This document shows, piece by piece, positions 14,221 through 28,901 of a DNA stretch of 64,000 bases. Each line of letters starts with the position of its first letter. Positions within the stretch are counted from its first letter, which is position 1. Location of the stretch: NCBI GenBank assembly GCA_013115145.1, contig JAAPAO010000084.1:22960-86959 (forward strand), given 5' to 3'. The notes below the pieces were generated by a model. It was not told the DNA's origin and ran no database searches. It saw nothing but the letters and a program-made list of their open reading frames with translations. The stretch comes from Perkinsus chesapeaki ATCC PRA-425 (lineage: Eukaryota > Protista > Perkinsozoa). The position numbers and the translations under genes were made by a program.

Positions 14221-17200
14221 CTAGTTCACACGTACATCATACCCGCCAATATCGGTACCTGCACCGGGACCAGCTGTGAACGGAGGATGGCAGCTATGGG
14301 CTTACCGAGGAGGCAATGACCGCTCCTGTTAGCCCAATCGATCGGTCTCTCCCGTTCCACGAATCCGCTAACTTCAAGCCTTTTGACGAGTCTCCCAAGA
14401 ACGCCACTGGAGAGGTCGCCGATGACTTTTCCGAGGCTCTCGCCGACATACCACCCGCAACCGGCCACCGACAGGCTTGGCATTTGGGCAGCGCGAAGAC
14501 GGTTGAATTCGAGGAGCGCCTGGCTATGTCCCAGAGGAAAGGCCGGCCATGAGTCGTGGCTAATTACAGTATGGTCGGGGGGCGCGGAGATGCCAAGGAC
14601 CTGAGGGACACTCAATAACAGAGAGGCTACAGAAGCGGAGCCTAATAAAGCAGGCAAGCGTTCTACTGTAGAGAGCCACAAGGCAGCTTGGACCCATTGG
14701 CGACCTACCTCTAGCGCACGGCCATAGAGCTTGTCTTTACTGGCGCCTTTCTTAGCGTAGACGGTGACCTTGGTGCCGAACTCTGGATCGATGCCCGGGA
14801 AAATCTCCGAACCGAAAGAGAATCCGAAGATCCTGATAGGGACAATTTCGCCTAGCAGTCTACACCCTGCAGAAACTATTCCGCCAAAGCGCTCGAGTAA
14901 CCTACTTTGTGAATTGGGGGCACGCGACTACAGTAACAGTAGTCGACTACAGTAACGACTACAGTAGCTTATCGCTGTATTGAGGAAAAGCGATTAAGTG
15001 ATACTAGCACACAAGCAAGAGACAGACTGGGAAGGAGTGGCCACTAGGCATCTTACAGTTGCTCCTCCGCTCATTAATGGCGACCATCTCTCAAAAGTGC
15101 GCGGTTGTACGGGCACGTAAGGTGCGATAAGTCTATCCCTTGTTTTAGCAACAGCGACAGTTCAGCTCATCTACAGGTGGTCTTCCCCAGTGGGAGTCCC
15201 CACACCCACGCACCATTCGATACTCCCCGCTGAGATTGACTGATCACGTCTTACCTGCAATCCTCGCCGTTGTCAACTCCAGTCCACACACCAGCGTTCC
15301 CCTTGAAGGGCTTCTTCAACACGCCGTCCTTATGCCAGTACAAATCCAACACCTCCACCTCCGTCACAGCTGCCAAGGCCTCTGCCGCCTCAACGCTGAG
15401 CCCCAAGAGCTCCTGACTCACCAATGGTAGGAGCTCCCCTGGAGACATCACGGACACAACCGCCTGCGCCGCAGGATCGCAGGCGATCGAGGAGACGTCC
15501 GATCGGTCCAGCAGCTGCCCTTCTTGGGAGATGGCGGGATTGCCTTCCACAAATCTGATCAGAGGATGAGCCTCAGCGGCAAAAAGTCAGTGAATGCTTG
15601 CATCTGGAAGCAGGCGGGGTGGGTTAATAACAGAGTAGATTGAATTTAACATTATCCTTGCACTTCAAGTGCAATAGGGCCTTGGAAAGCCAGGCGAGAA
15701 TCTTTGTGTGCTACATGAAGTCGGAATATCTCATATGGGCGTACAAAGCAGACATGACAAGCTACCGGATCTCACCTAGCCAGGTCCTTCTCCAGCCTTT
15801 CATAGCCGCCTTTAACAGTCCACACTCTACCGCCAGTAGCAACGGACCGCCTCAGGAACTCATCGACATCCACCGGCAAGTCGAGCTTGAGATCTCCCGC
15901 CGGTGCTGCACTACTCGGACGAAGCGTGTCCAGGAAAGGCCCCTGAGATGCGTGAAATTTCCAAGAAAACCGTATCGCCAGTTGACTGACCCAGAGAACG
16001 GATCGGCGCCACCGCTCGGTAGTGTAGGCATGCGGGACACAGCTACGCAAACTGACGTCACTTGCGGCAGCTCCACATTGTGAAGCAGCGAATACGTCGG
16101 CGAATCTTCGGGCAGCCCATCTCGAGAACCTCCGGTTAACCTACCAGAGGGAGTTAGAGAGGAGACAATTGAATGCGAAAAAACAAGGCTTTCGGCTTGG
16201 AGCGTGTACAACTGCTAATAACCTCATATAGCAACTTTTAGTTAAATGGTACACATGAATACACGGCGCGTGACGAATTTGTGATTGAAAATAATTTTCC
16301 TCACCGAAGTATCGAGCCCTATCGAACTTAGTGAGGTATGGTAAATGGTGGTTTGGTTCCTCGCGAAAGTAGGCTGTTGAACACTGTGATACTCTTTCCG
16401 GCCAGGGCGCCTAGAGCGCTCTTCAAGCCATGCCGCGAAGAATAACAAAAATAAGTCGAAGTGAATGCTACAATAATGAAGTGCTGCTCAAAGTGCTGTA
16501 CCGATAAGCCCTCCACTCACAAAAGACTGTATAGAGTCCTCCGTCCTCGTGCTCCCCTTCGGCCAGAATGGCTCCAGTATGCACTCCGGCGCATATCGTA
16601 TGGAATCGACAAACCTAGGTATTTGTGTCAGTGAGCTCATGGACTTCCCGATCAGCCATCGACTGGAGTTCTCTATGTGGCCGGGTATGATATCGGAGTC
16701 TGGCACCTAATCCACAGAGGCGTGCAATTATCGAGGTGCTGCGAGAATCAGGATTCAAGTCGAATACCAGAATAGCTGCCGAATGGATGCATACATATTC
16801 ACTAATGATTAATGGTAGTGGGATTTCTACCAAAGAAAACATACTTTCTACGAACTGTTTTCTTGGTTGCAGTCGGCTCTGGCGGCATTAAAACCCTTGT
16901 GGCGACTCGACGGTAAAGATCTCCCCCTCAACTGAGGAAGGTAGCGATGCATCCAAACAGTTCCGAGTTCCCTGTGATACATCCCTCCACCGAGTCTACC
17001 ATGAAAGAGAAGCCTGGCAGGCCCAACGTAACAGAGACCACTGGCGTGAGAAAGCCCCCTGCTGCCTTACATCGATCAGCTTGAGCAGACTTAGGCATTC
17101 ATTTCGGCCATGTTGCTTGCTAGAGCGAAACTCACAATCATGGCCCACCGGTCCCCGTGAACTCGGCACCTCATACAGCTCCACCTTGCCTCGAGGAAGA

Positions 17201-17286
17201 GTCTCTGCGAGCGAGGCAGCGGCCGCCATTCCCGACAATCGATGAGAGGCCGAGGCCACCACCCTCACCAGAGGATAGGACGCCAT
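14221..17286 (-). CDS. Divergent protoporphyrinogen oxidase (HemY/PPOX)-like flavoprotein, multi-exon
   Basis: Segments occur in PPOX order: SGMAAAASLAETLPRGKVELYE; EPFWPKGSTRTEDSIQSFV; VWTVKGGYERLEKDLAR; LAAVTEVEVLDLYW; RIFGFSFGSEIFPG..GTKVTVY; LGISAPPDHTVI...FPLGH...LSVAGCGWYVG. Recognition is by motif order only. Confidence 0.55.
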
Positions 17287-17427
17287 CAGAACTGACAAAA
17301 CCTAGACGGCTTGAAAGACTGAACACAAAACATCAAAGGGGTTAGTAAGAACACCGATAATATTGTAAAGCATGCATCAAGCTTGGATTCTCTTTTCCAT
17401 TTGCCCAGAAAGGCGTCATGCCTCGCC

Positions 17428-20400
17428 TCACCCATTGCTTAGAGAGCGCTTGCGATAAGATGGCTGGAAGCCCGACGCATTCTCCAAAACCACCAAGTTC
17501 ATCTCCTTCAAAGAAATCTCCTTTGTCTCGGTTTCCGTCTCGCTCTCATAAATCGTCACCAGAACCTGTCCCACATCAGACCTCCTCCTCACCCTCCACA
17601 CTTACGTTCCATCGCTGCTCCTCTCCTGCTTCGATCGGGCCGCTCTTAATGATCCCGTCCAGACCGTTGTACCTACCGACAATCCCCACGACCAGGCCAA
17701 GCCGCCTTCCTCCCTACTCGACCCTTCTCAGGCCTTTCAATCGAACCACGGCACCAACATGGAGGGGAGTTTCCTCCGAGCCTTTCCGGAAAGTCCTCCG
17801 GTCATCTGCTGGAACCACTTTATTATGCCGCCACGACAAGGCTGACACAGGAACAGTTGTCTGAGGCATTTGCGTAGGCAATAATTAGCTAAGTCGAATC
17901 AACCAAGTTGGGCAATAAGATCGCATTTTCCGTAGAGGGCATGTACGTGTTGATATACAGCAGAGGGAGAGCATGATCCCACCGATGTTAAAGTTGCAAC
18001 AGCCAACGCTAAATGGCTGACCTACCTGTTGCGATGCGCCGGGGGCAGATACATCTTAGCGTAACGCCATTGCTAGCCTCATCCTCCCCCTTATATCTGA
18101 TCGAACCTAATTCCTCACTAACACCACCAGGCATCACCTCAGCCCCTTTCTCCTTCTATAAGCAAACAAGCACCCTCCCAGCAAAAGCAGCTTCACCACC
18201 ACTATCACAGCCACAACCTGACCAGATGAATTCAGAGGTACCTTACCACCAAGCCCTACCACTCCCCCATTCCCCCCGTCGCTGCCCTCTTCGACAGCAG
18301 ACTCCTCCTCTATCCGCACCGCAGCAGCCGTCGGGCCACTTGTCACGTTCACCCAAAGTGTGTCCGGCACCGTTGCTCCGTTGGAGTCCTGAGCCATGCC
18401 TTTCCCGTTCCCTCCGACTTATCGGCCTACTAATGTCCTCCTCAGCACTATCAATAACTCCCTAGTAGCACTCACGTCATCCCTAACCGCCCTCAGCCAT
18501 CGTACAGCTGCCACCCTCTCACTTTGGTAGAAGGTCTCTACGGCCACCACCACTATTAAACTTTCCCCTGGGACCTGAGGAACTCGTCGATGTATCACTA
18601 TCAAGACATAAAAGACACATCCACGAAAGCGTGAAGTAATGGCAATTATTCTTCCTCAAAAAGCATGCACTTGAGCTCGCCGAAGCCACTATAAAGCTCA
18701 AGAGGGAGTAACGATGAGCCTCTATCGACTAAGTATATCCTACCTCCCCAATAGGCGCCTCAGTTGTCGCCGCCACCGGTGCTCGGCTCCCCCCTTCACA
18801 AGAATCACAGCTAACTCTGCACGCTGTCCTCATAAGCTCCCCCATGTTAGCATCGTCACAGGCAGCCGACACTCCAATGAGCTGCGCCGTGGCAGCGCAG
18901 GTGTCCAGTAACGCCCCTCCCAATCTCAGCACCGACTCTTGGACCAAGTAGGCATCTTGGTCTTCGCACAAGCCGGAGTCATGCAACAGGGAGGGAGCAG
19001 TGGGCGGCGCTACTGTAGTCGTCTGAGAGGATGGAATCACAGAAGAGTACTCCACAGAACACATCAAGAAGAAAGACCAGTGTGAAGTCGGCCAGGACGT
19101 ATTCGGCCAGGAATACATACAGGAATAATAATTTTTGTTCAGCACTTCGTCACTTTTGCCAATCTCGCAGTAAGACACTCGACGATGCCAACAAAGCGTA
19201 ATATTAGTTCCCCCGCCAACTAAATTCCTACGATATCTCCGCACTAGGTATATTTTCCGATCCTCAATCAACTCATTTCCCTAGGCATAAGTTACCAGCC
19301 CCCCCCTTACCGTCCCCGGTGCCACAGTTGTACTAGTAACCTGCATTCTCCTCCTCCTTCTCCTTCTGCTGTCCCTCACCTCAACAGATACCTGCATTCT
19401 CCCTAACATGACCAACCAATTGCCATCCCCTCTACCCTAGCCCCATCTGTTATCTCCAGTATCTCCATCACAGCATCCTTCACCCCCCTCAAAATGCTCT
19501 CTTCCTCCCCACCAACCAACTCCCCGTACATCGTCACCTCGCCACTGACCCTGGCTCGCTCCACCACATCCGGCCTCGCCGTCGTCGTAACAATAGCCCA
19601 CATATCGAACGGTGTCGTCGCGGTGGTCGATGCCGGCGGGAAGCAGCTCTCGGCCGCCAGGGCGTTCGAGGACAGCGCTACCTCCGAAACCCCCTCAGGT
19701 AGAAGCACCCTAACCACTCCCGCTTCCCGCCACACCGCAACCTGAAGCACTAAAGATTCCACATGCGTCTGGTGTCCCACAACTACTGTCTCCTGGTCAC
19801 AACGACCATTACAGTGACATATCTTGAACTCGCCACACTGTGACACCGTGACGCCATCCCACCGATGCCAGAACTGAGCTTCTCTAGTCGGAGGAGTATC
19901 CCCGAAAGGGTAGAAAGCATCCGGAGCTCCAGCCTGCAGGAGGGGTGCACACTAGCTCACAAACCACTAACAAAAGAAGCTCTTGACTCGGAATAGCACA
20001 GATGAAGTGAGAGTCGACTATTAGTGAAATTACGAAGAGTATTTTATGAAGGGCAAACGCACATAACACTACAGAACATACTGGAGCGAATGATTGTCCA
20101 CAATAGCTCAGGAACAATGAAAGGAGAGTTAAGGATGCTGACCGATACCGACGAATGGTGAGACGCTTGGTTATGCTGGAAGTTCCGGAATGATTGCAGA
20201 TAGGCCTATATAGCACTACCTAGGCATTCGCTACATATATACGCCTATATGGTCCCATTTATTCCAAGAGTACCACTTCCTCCCACTCCAACCCCTCAAC
20301 TCCTCGTATCTGCTGTCCTGTGCAGCTACTTGATCGATACACTAGCTTCAGCCTAGCCTCTCCTCCAGTATCCAAGCCCACTCCTGTGAGCTCGATACCG

Positions 20401-22125
20401 AAGGCCTCAGACAGCTGAAACCACAACGTCACCATCCACCCCAAACCCGCGTGTTGGCATGGAGATAAGGTGTCCAGGAAATTCGACAAAACTTCGGCAG
20501 ACCCTGTGACCTCCTAGTTCCCCGGGCCCCGAGAGTATCTCAGAAGTTCAGATGAGGGAGCCTTCAGCCACCACCTGTCCCCACCCTACCTCAACACTGA
20601 AATTCCTATACAGTCCGACGTCCCTGCCGAGCTCGAACGGCCCTCCGCTGTACTTTCTGAAGTACTCTCCATAACAGGTACAATGGCAATCATAGCCACT
20701 AGCCGTCGCCTGAGTGCATGTCAGCGATGCGGCGCCATGCACCCTGTCCCAGCAGACCAGGCCGTCCTCCCCGGGAGCCTCATCTCGACGGCACCGATCG
20801 CTGCATTCATTCAACGGATCTCCACACGTTTCTGGACAGAACTTGCCAACAGGCACCACCGGCTCGACGCCTTGGGCATGCGTGCAGCCATACCGACTTT
20901 TCGCAGATTCGCAGCTACCAGTGCCCTCGAACCCGCCATACACCACCGATAGCATCCCAGTATGATCCGGACATCCTCTCAAGCACGCCGACATCCCCAA
21001 ATCCATCTGATCTGGCGGGCTGCACCCCGGTATCCAGTTGCACGGGAAGTCCTCATTAAGGCAGTAGGTCGCCGTGGCACATGCGTAAGGCGGCGATTGG
21101 TCCTCGCAACCCAACAGGCACTGAGCATCGTCCTGACCAGGGCACAGCTCCGTCTGGCTCTTCACGCACTTCTTCTGGACATTCGAACACACCAATGGTA
21201 TGGTGTGTGTGGCATTGGTGGAGACCGAACACTGGTCATCTGACAGACACCTAAGAGCGTATTTGCACAATCAATTTGAAATGCAATTCTTCATCCCACA
21301 AATGCCTCTATCGGGTTTTCAATATCAGCCATGGCAACACACTATAACTACTTCACTTCCGTCTACGTGAACAACTCTACGCCTCTAGATGATGGTAGCG
21401 AATAGGTTCACCATTACCGCAGCTACTGAGATGCGCTAGTAGCACAGCGCTATAGCGTCCTTGGATTCTTTACAAAAAACGATTCAGCAATGTTACGGCA
21501 CTTGTGAAGTGATCATCAATCTTCGTGCGTTCTTCAGGGAACACGGAGGACGGAAGGGCGGCATTCGCCGAGAGCGTCGAGAGCTCCGCACCAATCCGTA
21601 TATTCCTACATCATGTGCTGATTTCTTCTTCTTGTTCTTCAAACCACTACAGCATTTCCCAGGCAGGTTTCCGGCATACGCAATGTTATTCCCGACCATA
21701 TTCGTCGGATATTGCACATGGCCGCATCGAGCGAATGCGTGCTGGTCGGAAATAATTGTGTCGCGCCAGATATTTGCTCGCGGTCCCTCGGAAATAACAG
21801 TGCGCATGTCGGAAACATGCCCGGCGGGAAATGCTCTAGTACTCGGATCAGCCGATCCTCTCACAAATAGCTTTGGCCTCACTATTGAACTACATCTAGT
21901 TTATTATTTAGAGCATTGTATGTACAACCTAAACTTGACGTTCCTGCGTGACCAATCATAACCAAGCCGCCCATTTCCCTCAGGGGAATCCCGTGCTCTA
22001 TCCCCTCCTTTCTACTACCTCTCACATTCCCCCAAAGACCGCAGTTCTACATTCCTGCAAGTTCCGCTGCCCTGACTTCCCGCCAGCCCTAACAGTACCG
22101 CCCATCCCATCACGCTTGGACTCAT
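17428..22125 (-). CDS. Cys-rich single-pass membrane protein with ShKT-like modules and a small cytoplasmic beta domain (may be two genes)
   Basis: Signal MSPSVMGWAVLLGLAG at 22125; Cys-rich exon 20548-21270 (FCPETCG); CEDQD...CRVSCDSC at about 18780-18970; TM VVAVIVVVKLLLLGGCLFAY followed by RRRK at about 18140-18220; tail GAVVRLKGL|RYNGLDGII...RWN|VLV...ISLKEMNL. The exon chain from 21300 to 21950 is unresolved. Confidence 0.5.
21470..21630 (-). mobile_element. Degenerate 3' fragment of the LINE family seen at 37926-38803
   Basis: The reverse complement aligns to 38650-38797. It translates ALPSSVFPEERTKIDDHFTSAVTLLNRFL* versus ALPSSVFPEERTRIDHFKIAVSLLNRFL*. Confidence 0.8.
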
Positions 22126-22239
22126 AGGGGCCAAAAGGCTGCTGCCATCATGGACACAATCTAAAACCCAAATACCCCACTCTCGCCAACTCAACCCCCC
22201 TCAAACAGAGCTACATCCGCCCCCTTCACACAAAGCTTT

Positions 22240-25200
22240 TCATGTCTTCTTCGACGCCGCTGCTGCTGCCGCCTTCTTCCTTTGCTTCTTCAGCTGTTTC
22301 TCTATTATCTGCTCGCTGTTATACCTGCCCATCCAACAGTAACGTCTTACCCTTCTTAATAGGGGAATGCAAATAGTACTAATGTGAATAATCCGGCAGA
22401 AGATCTACTCACTACGACGAAATAAAATGAAAATATGGATAAGACCCTGCCAGCAGCAGCCCTACTTCACATGTTTCCTGTTCCACACATCATCATCAGC
22501 TCCACCATGGCCCTGACCACTAGCTCGCTTCTCATCAAAGCTGCCATCATCTTCTTCCTACCAACCCAGTCTCCCCTCCCCCCGCCGACCCTCTCCTACT
22601 ACTACCTCCCCGTCATCATTCGCCATATCATCCTGCTCCTGCTGCTGCAGCTGCCCCTCAGTAGCCTTCACTCGTATCAGCCCAGACTGCATGTCCGCTA
22701 TCTTATCCAACAGACGGTCCTCGAACGAGCTGCCTCCAGCTGCCTCCACCACCCTCTTGTTCGTCGCCGTGGTGGCCTCCCATCCAGTCAGCGATATCAG
22801 CTTCGACAGCTTCAGCTCCACTTGGGACAGTATCTCCTCTACAGAATCATCGATCACATCCCCCTGACCCTCCCCGTCCAAGTCGACCGCCTCAAGCTTC
22901 CCAGCCAAATGAAAGACACCTACAGGGGGACAGATTGCACAATCCCCCGTTCTCTGCGCCACTCACCAGCGTTCACATCTACTATCATCTTCGCCAGCCT
23001 CTCATACTTAGCCTTATTCCTCTCAGCTTTAACCCCTGCCTCCGTCAGCCGTGTCTCGAGGTCCTCCACCACCTAACTCAAATACCTTCCTGCCTTTCCC
23101 ATTTCCCCACTCAAGCCGATAAATTTTCCGTTCCTCCTCAACATTGGTATCAGATACCATCACAGGATGCCCCAAAAAGAAGTGAACTTGATCTTTCCTT
23201 TTCAACCAGGAGCGTATTTTCTATTGCACACCATTTGCAAGGCCGATCTACACATTTCTGTGAGGCTAGATAGCTCCCTGATTCATAGAAGATACTATGT
23301 ACACCTTGCCACGCTGCCTTGACCTTCCCCTCCACCTCACCTGTCGTCGCCCCGCTCCCCCCGTCACAGAGAACTTCAAGTCATCCACCTTCCTCTTCAA
23401 ACTACTATAACCATCAATCAGCGAATTGATCTTGGCCTGATAATCGTTCGTCAAATTCAGCAAGTTGGCCTGGGTATCTTCTTGATTCAAGAACTTCTGA
23501 ATAACCTCGTTAACATCGCTGACGCCAGTCGCCTCCTTTATCCTCCTAAAGGCATCCTCATAATCGTTCATCCTTTGCCGCTCCTCTTCCGCTTCTCCAT
23601 GAGTGATCCCCGATGCCACATCAGCCAATGCACTCGTAGTTTTCAGAGCTAGCTCTCCCGCCTTATCCAAATCCTGCTGCTGCCTCAACATCCTCTCCCT
23701 CTGCTCCAACCTATGGTTCATCTCCACACGTTGCTGGACCAACGCCTTTTTTTCGTGCACTTCCTGATCACAAATTCTCTTTCTCTTATCCCTTAACGAT
23801 AATCAGCGCAATAGTAACCTATATATCAGGTACTCACTTATCAGTTCATATGATACGTCTTTGGAAAACGCACCCTCTTCTTCAAAGGGGATGGCGAGAT
23901 TACACACAAACGAGAAATCTATTCCGAATGAACAACCGTCGCCCCACTTGGCATCGCATATTTCACTGCGCCACGAAATTAATCTGCCCTATTTTACCTT
24001 ATCCCTCTGATTCCTCTCCTCCATAACACCTTGCTCAAACCTATGCAACTCCGCCTGTGCCATCTCCTTCGCATGATAAGCGTCATGAGACAACAACAGC
24101 AGCTCCTCATAGTCGTGCTCCTTTGACTTCAAAGTACCTAATCAAAGTGCCAAGATATATAGCTGTATACTCCAACAAAATACAACTAGCAGAACGGTAC
24201 CTTCCAACGGTAGCCCCGATGCATAGGCAGGAACAGGTAAGCTCCCAGTTACGAATAAGTTAGTTTTAACAACAACAACGACAACAGTGCATTGGTAACG
24301 CTAAGTCACCGAGGGTGACTTTCATCGAGTACGTTCTATGCTATATGAGCAGAATACATAGTATGTGAAGGAAAGGGAATAGAAAGTATTAGAGATCTCA
24401 GAAATGCTAAGCTAGTTACCCTAAATGTTATGTACACAAATGTATGCTGTTAGACTAGCACTACAGCGAGAAAGAATTTACCACTTCTGAGACCTCATAA
24501 TGGTGACTACAGAAATCCTCCTACGTTCCACAGCCTGCAGTTGATTATCAAAATTAATCCTCTCCTCTTGAAGCCTCCTAAGGATCTGCTCATACGTCCT
24601 CTTGATCGACTGAGCTTCATTGAACCTGCCAAACAACTTCCCTCCCCCCCCACTATCCACCATTCCTACTTCACCAACGTCTTGTCCAAGCGATTCTCGA
24701 GAACCCTGATCTGTCGCATCTGTGGCGAATTGTCCGATGTAGGCTTCTTAGCATCAGCGCTCATCTCCCGGACCTGCTCGGCTGGAGTCCCCCATCCTCT
24801 ATCCACCTAGCCTAACCTTGTCTGCTAGCTCAGCAACAAGCTTCTCCTTCTTGCTGTTAGCATCGACCACGGCATCCAGTTTATTCTTAGATGTATTCAA
24901 TTCAGTCGTCTTGCTCTCTAGCTGTTTCTCAACGCTCTTGGGGACCTCAGTCCTAAGCTGGGCAATCTGACTCCTAAGGCTGCGATTCTCCTCCTTCATC
25001 TGCCGAATGATCTCCTTGTTCTGTTTTATATTGAGCTGAGCCGTCTCGTAGGTGGCCTTCCGCTCTCCCTCTGAGACACGGTAACTTCTCTAAGCTCTTT
25101 TAAATCCAACCGCTCTCCAATTCAATGCTTTACTAGATTATATAACGAGATTAATATTTTGCAATAATCATTATTATTGTCTACATTTTCGAGGAGCTCC

Positions 25201-25786
25201 GCTGCTCAGCTCCCTGCTCTGCTGCTGCTCATCAAATCATCCATGGCCTTGTATATGTATAAGACTATGATTAGAACTCGATTTAATAATTAATAAAACC
25301 TCAACTGCGGCAAGGTATTTTACGCGTGACAAGTGACCTTGAAATAAACCACGGGCGTCGAAGTCGTACAGAGAAGTCCGCCGAGTTCTAGGGTGACTTC
25401 CGGAAGTGAGCTTCGCACTCAAACCGCGATTTGCCACAGCTCTGTTATGCATCCTCTATCGAAGAGTAAACTCTACCAGATACAGAGACGCCCAGTTCAT
25501 TGCGACCTTGAGAGACAAATGCCGACACTAGATGAACGGCCGCGATTCTACAGACGACCAACTGAGATCAGTATACGTCCATTATATTTAGTTACCTTTT
25601 AGTTTGATATACCGCTAATATATTGCGCTCACCATGGTGAAAAAATCTTCCTAAATCTCTCCCAATACTAACCGCCAAGCCAGACCCACAAACCCTCCCC
25701 CCTTCCCCATAGTCACTACCGAGCAATTGAAATCTCCGCTGTAAATCCTCCAGCTGCTCCTCTGGTGTCATTGTAGTCTTAGACAT
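22240..25786 (-). CDS. ODAD3: Outer dynein arm docking complex subunit DC1 (ODA3/CCDC151-like), multi-exon coiled coil
   Basis: RQIRVLENRLDK..FNEAQSIKRTYEQILRRLQEERINFDNQL; EKKALVQQRVEMNHRLE; YEDAFRRIKEATGVSDVNEVIQKFLNQEDT; C-terminal DDVWNRKHVK|YNSEQII. Confidence 0.85.
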
Positions 25787-26023
25787 GATGAAGATACGAA
25801 ATGAATTCTGCAAGGATCCCTCCCTCCAGGCCCCATTAACGAAAGCAAGCCCCTTCCCTGTAGAAACTGTACCTCACCGTTACTCTAACGGTGATGTGGC
25901 AGATATAGCACCATCTCTATAGCACGAGGGAAGGATACTATCGTACACTAGTAATGCTAAGGTATTGTTATTAACTATACGGTATGAGTGGGAAAAACCT
26001 CCCACATTGAGGAGGTCCGCAGT

Positions 26024-27964
<1,941 letters not shown>

Positions 27965-28901
27965 ACGCAGAAGTAGAGAACAGAATAGCGGTAAGTACAT
28001 GAAATATGGTTGATTCTATTTTATTTATCTGGAGGCACAGCATCTCCTGCTAGGCAGTATGGCTGTGTGGCCTCCGGCAGCAGTGTACATGGCGTGCACG
28101 ATGCCATTCGGATACAGATCTCACATCCGCTTACTGAAATATGGTTGATAATAACAGATAGAGTTAATAATAGGAAATAACCCTATTATTTGGGTATAGA
28201 TAACAAAGCTAACAATAGGGACAAGCCAGTAGCTACCAGACACAAAAAGACCACATATCATTTCCCACAACACAAAGCAGCCACTATTGTTAGGTGAAGT
28301 ATAACAGAGGTAAAGCCTACTACTGCTGTTGCTATGTCAGACACCACTCAATCTACCCCGGCCGTTACGGAGAGGGCACTTACGGGGGAAATGTAGAGGC
28401 TAAGTCTTGTGGTAGTGGCCACAAAAAGGAGACAGCAATTGTGCAATTTTCGAACAACGGGTGATCAGCAGCAACAGGCTTTGTACGTAGAAGAACTGAA
28501 GTTAGCAATCAATGCTACAATCATCTCAATCGTAGCCTATTCGATGGCTGTGGGCCATCGCGGCCTCGAGCGCTCCTTGACAGAGCGCTGCAATAAACCA
28601 TCCTACTAGTGAGGACCTGAGGGAACGAAAAGTGGACATAAACTGTTGGCAGCAAACCATGACGTTGGATTTCATTTAGCGCGCAGTATTGCATCACACC
28701 TACGCACATAGGAACCCCCCCCCCTAACACATGGGAATAGAACTACACTCAATAGGGTTAGGAATATCGCCAAGTAGGCGAGAACCTAATGGTGACGCAG
28801 ACTTATTTGGCGGTAATAATATCAAACACCAGTGTGCCACCGTTAAGCATGTTAATATTTGATATAATAATAATCCTGAAGGCCTACTACATCACATTTT
28901 A

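Noticed and set aside
14925-14966. cgactacagtaa repeated three times
   Set aside because: Simple, probably intronic micro-duplication.
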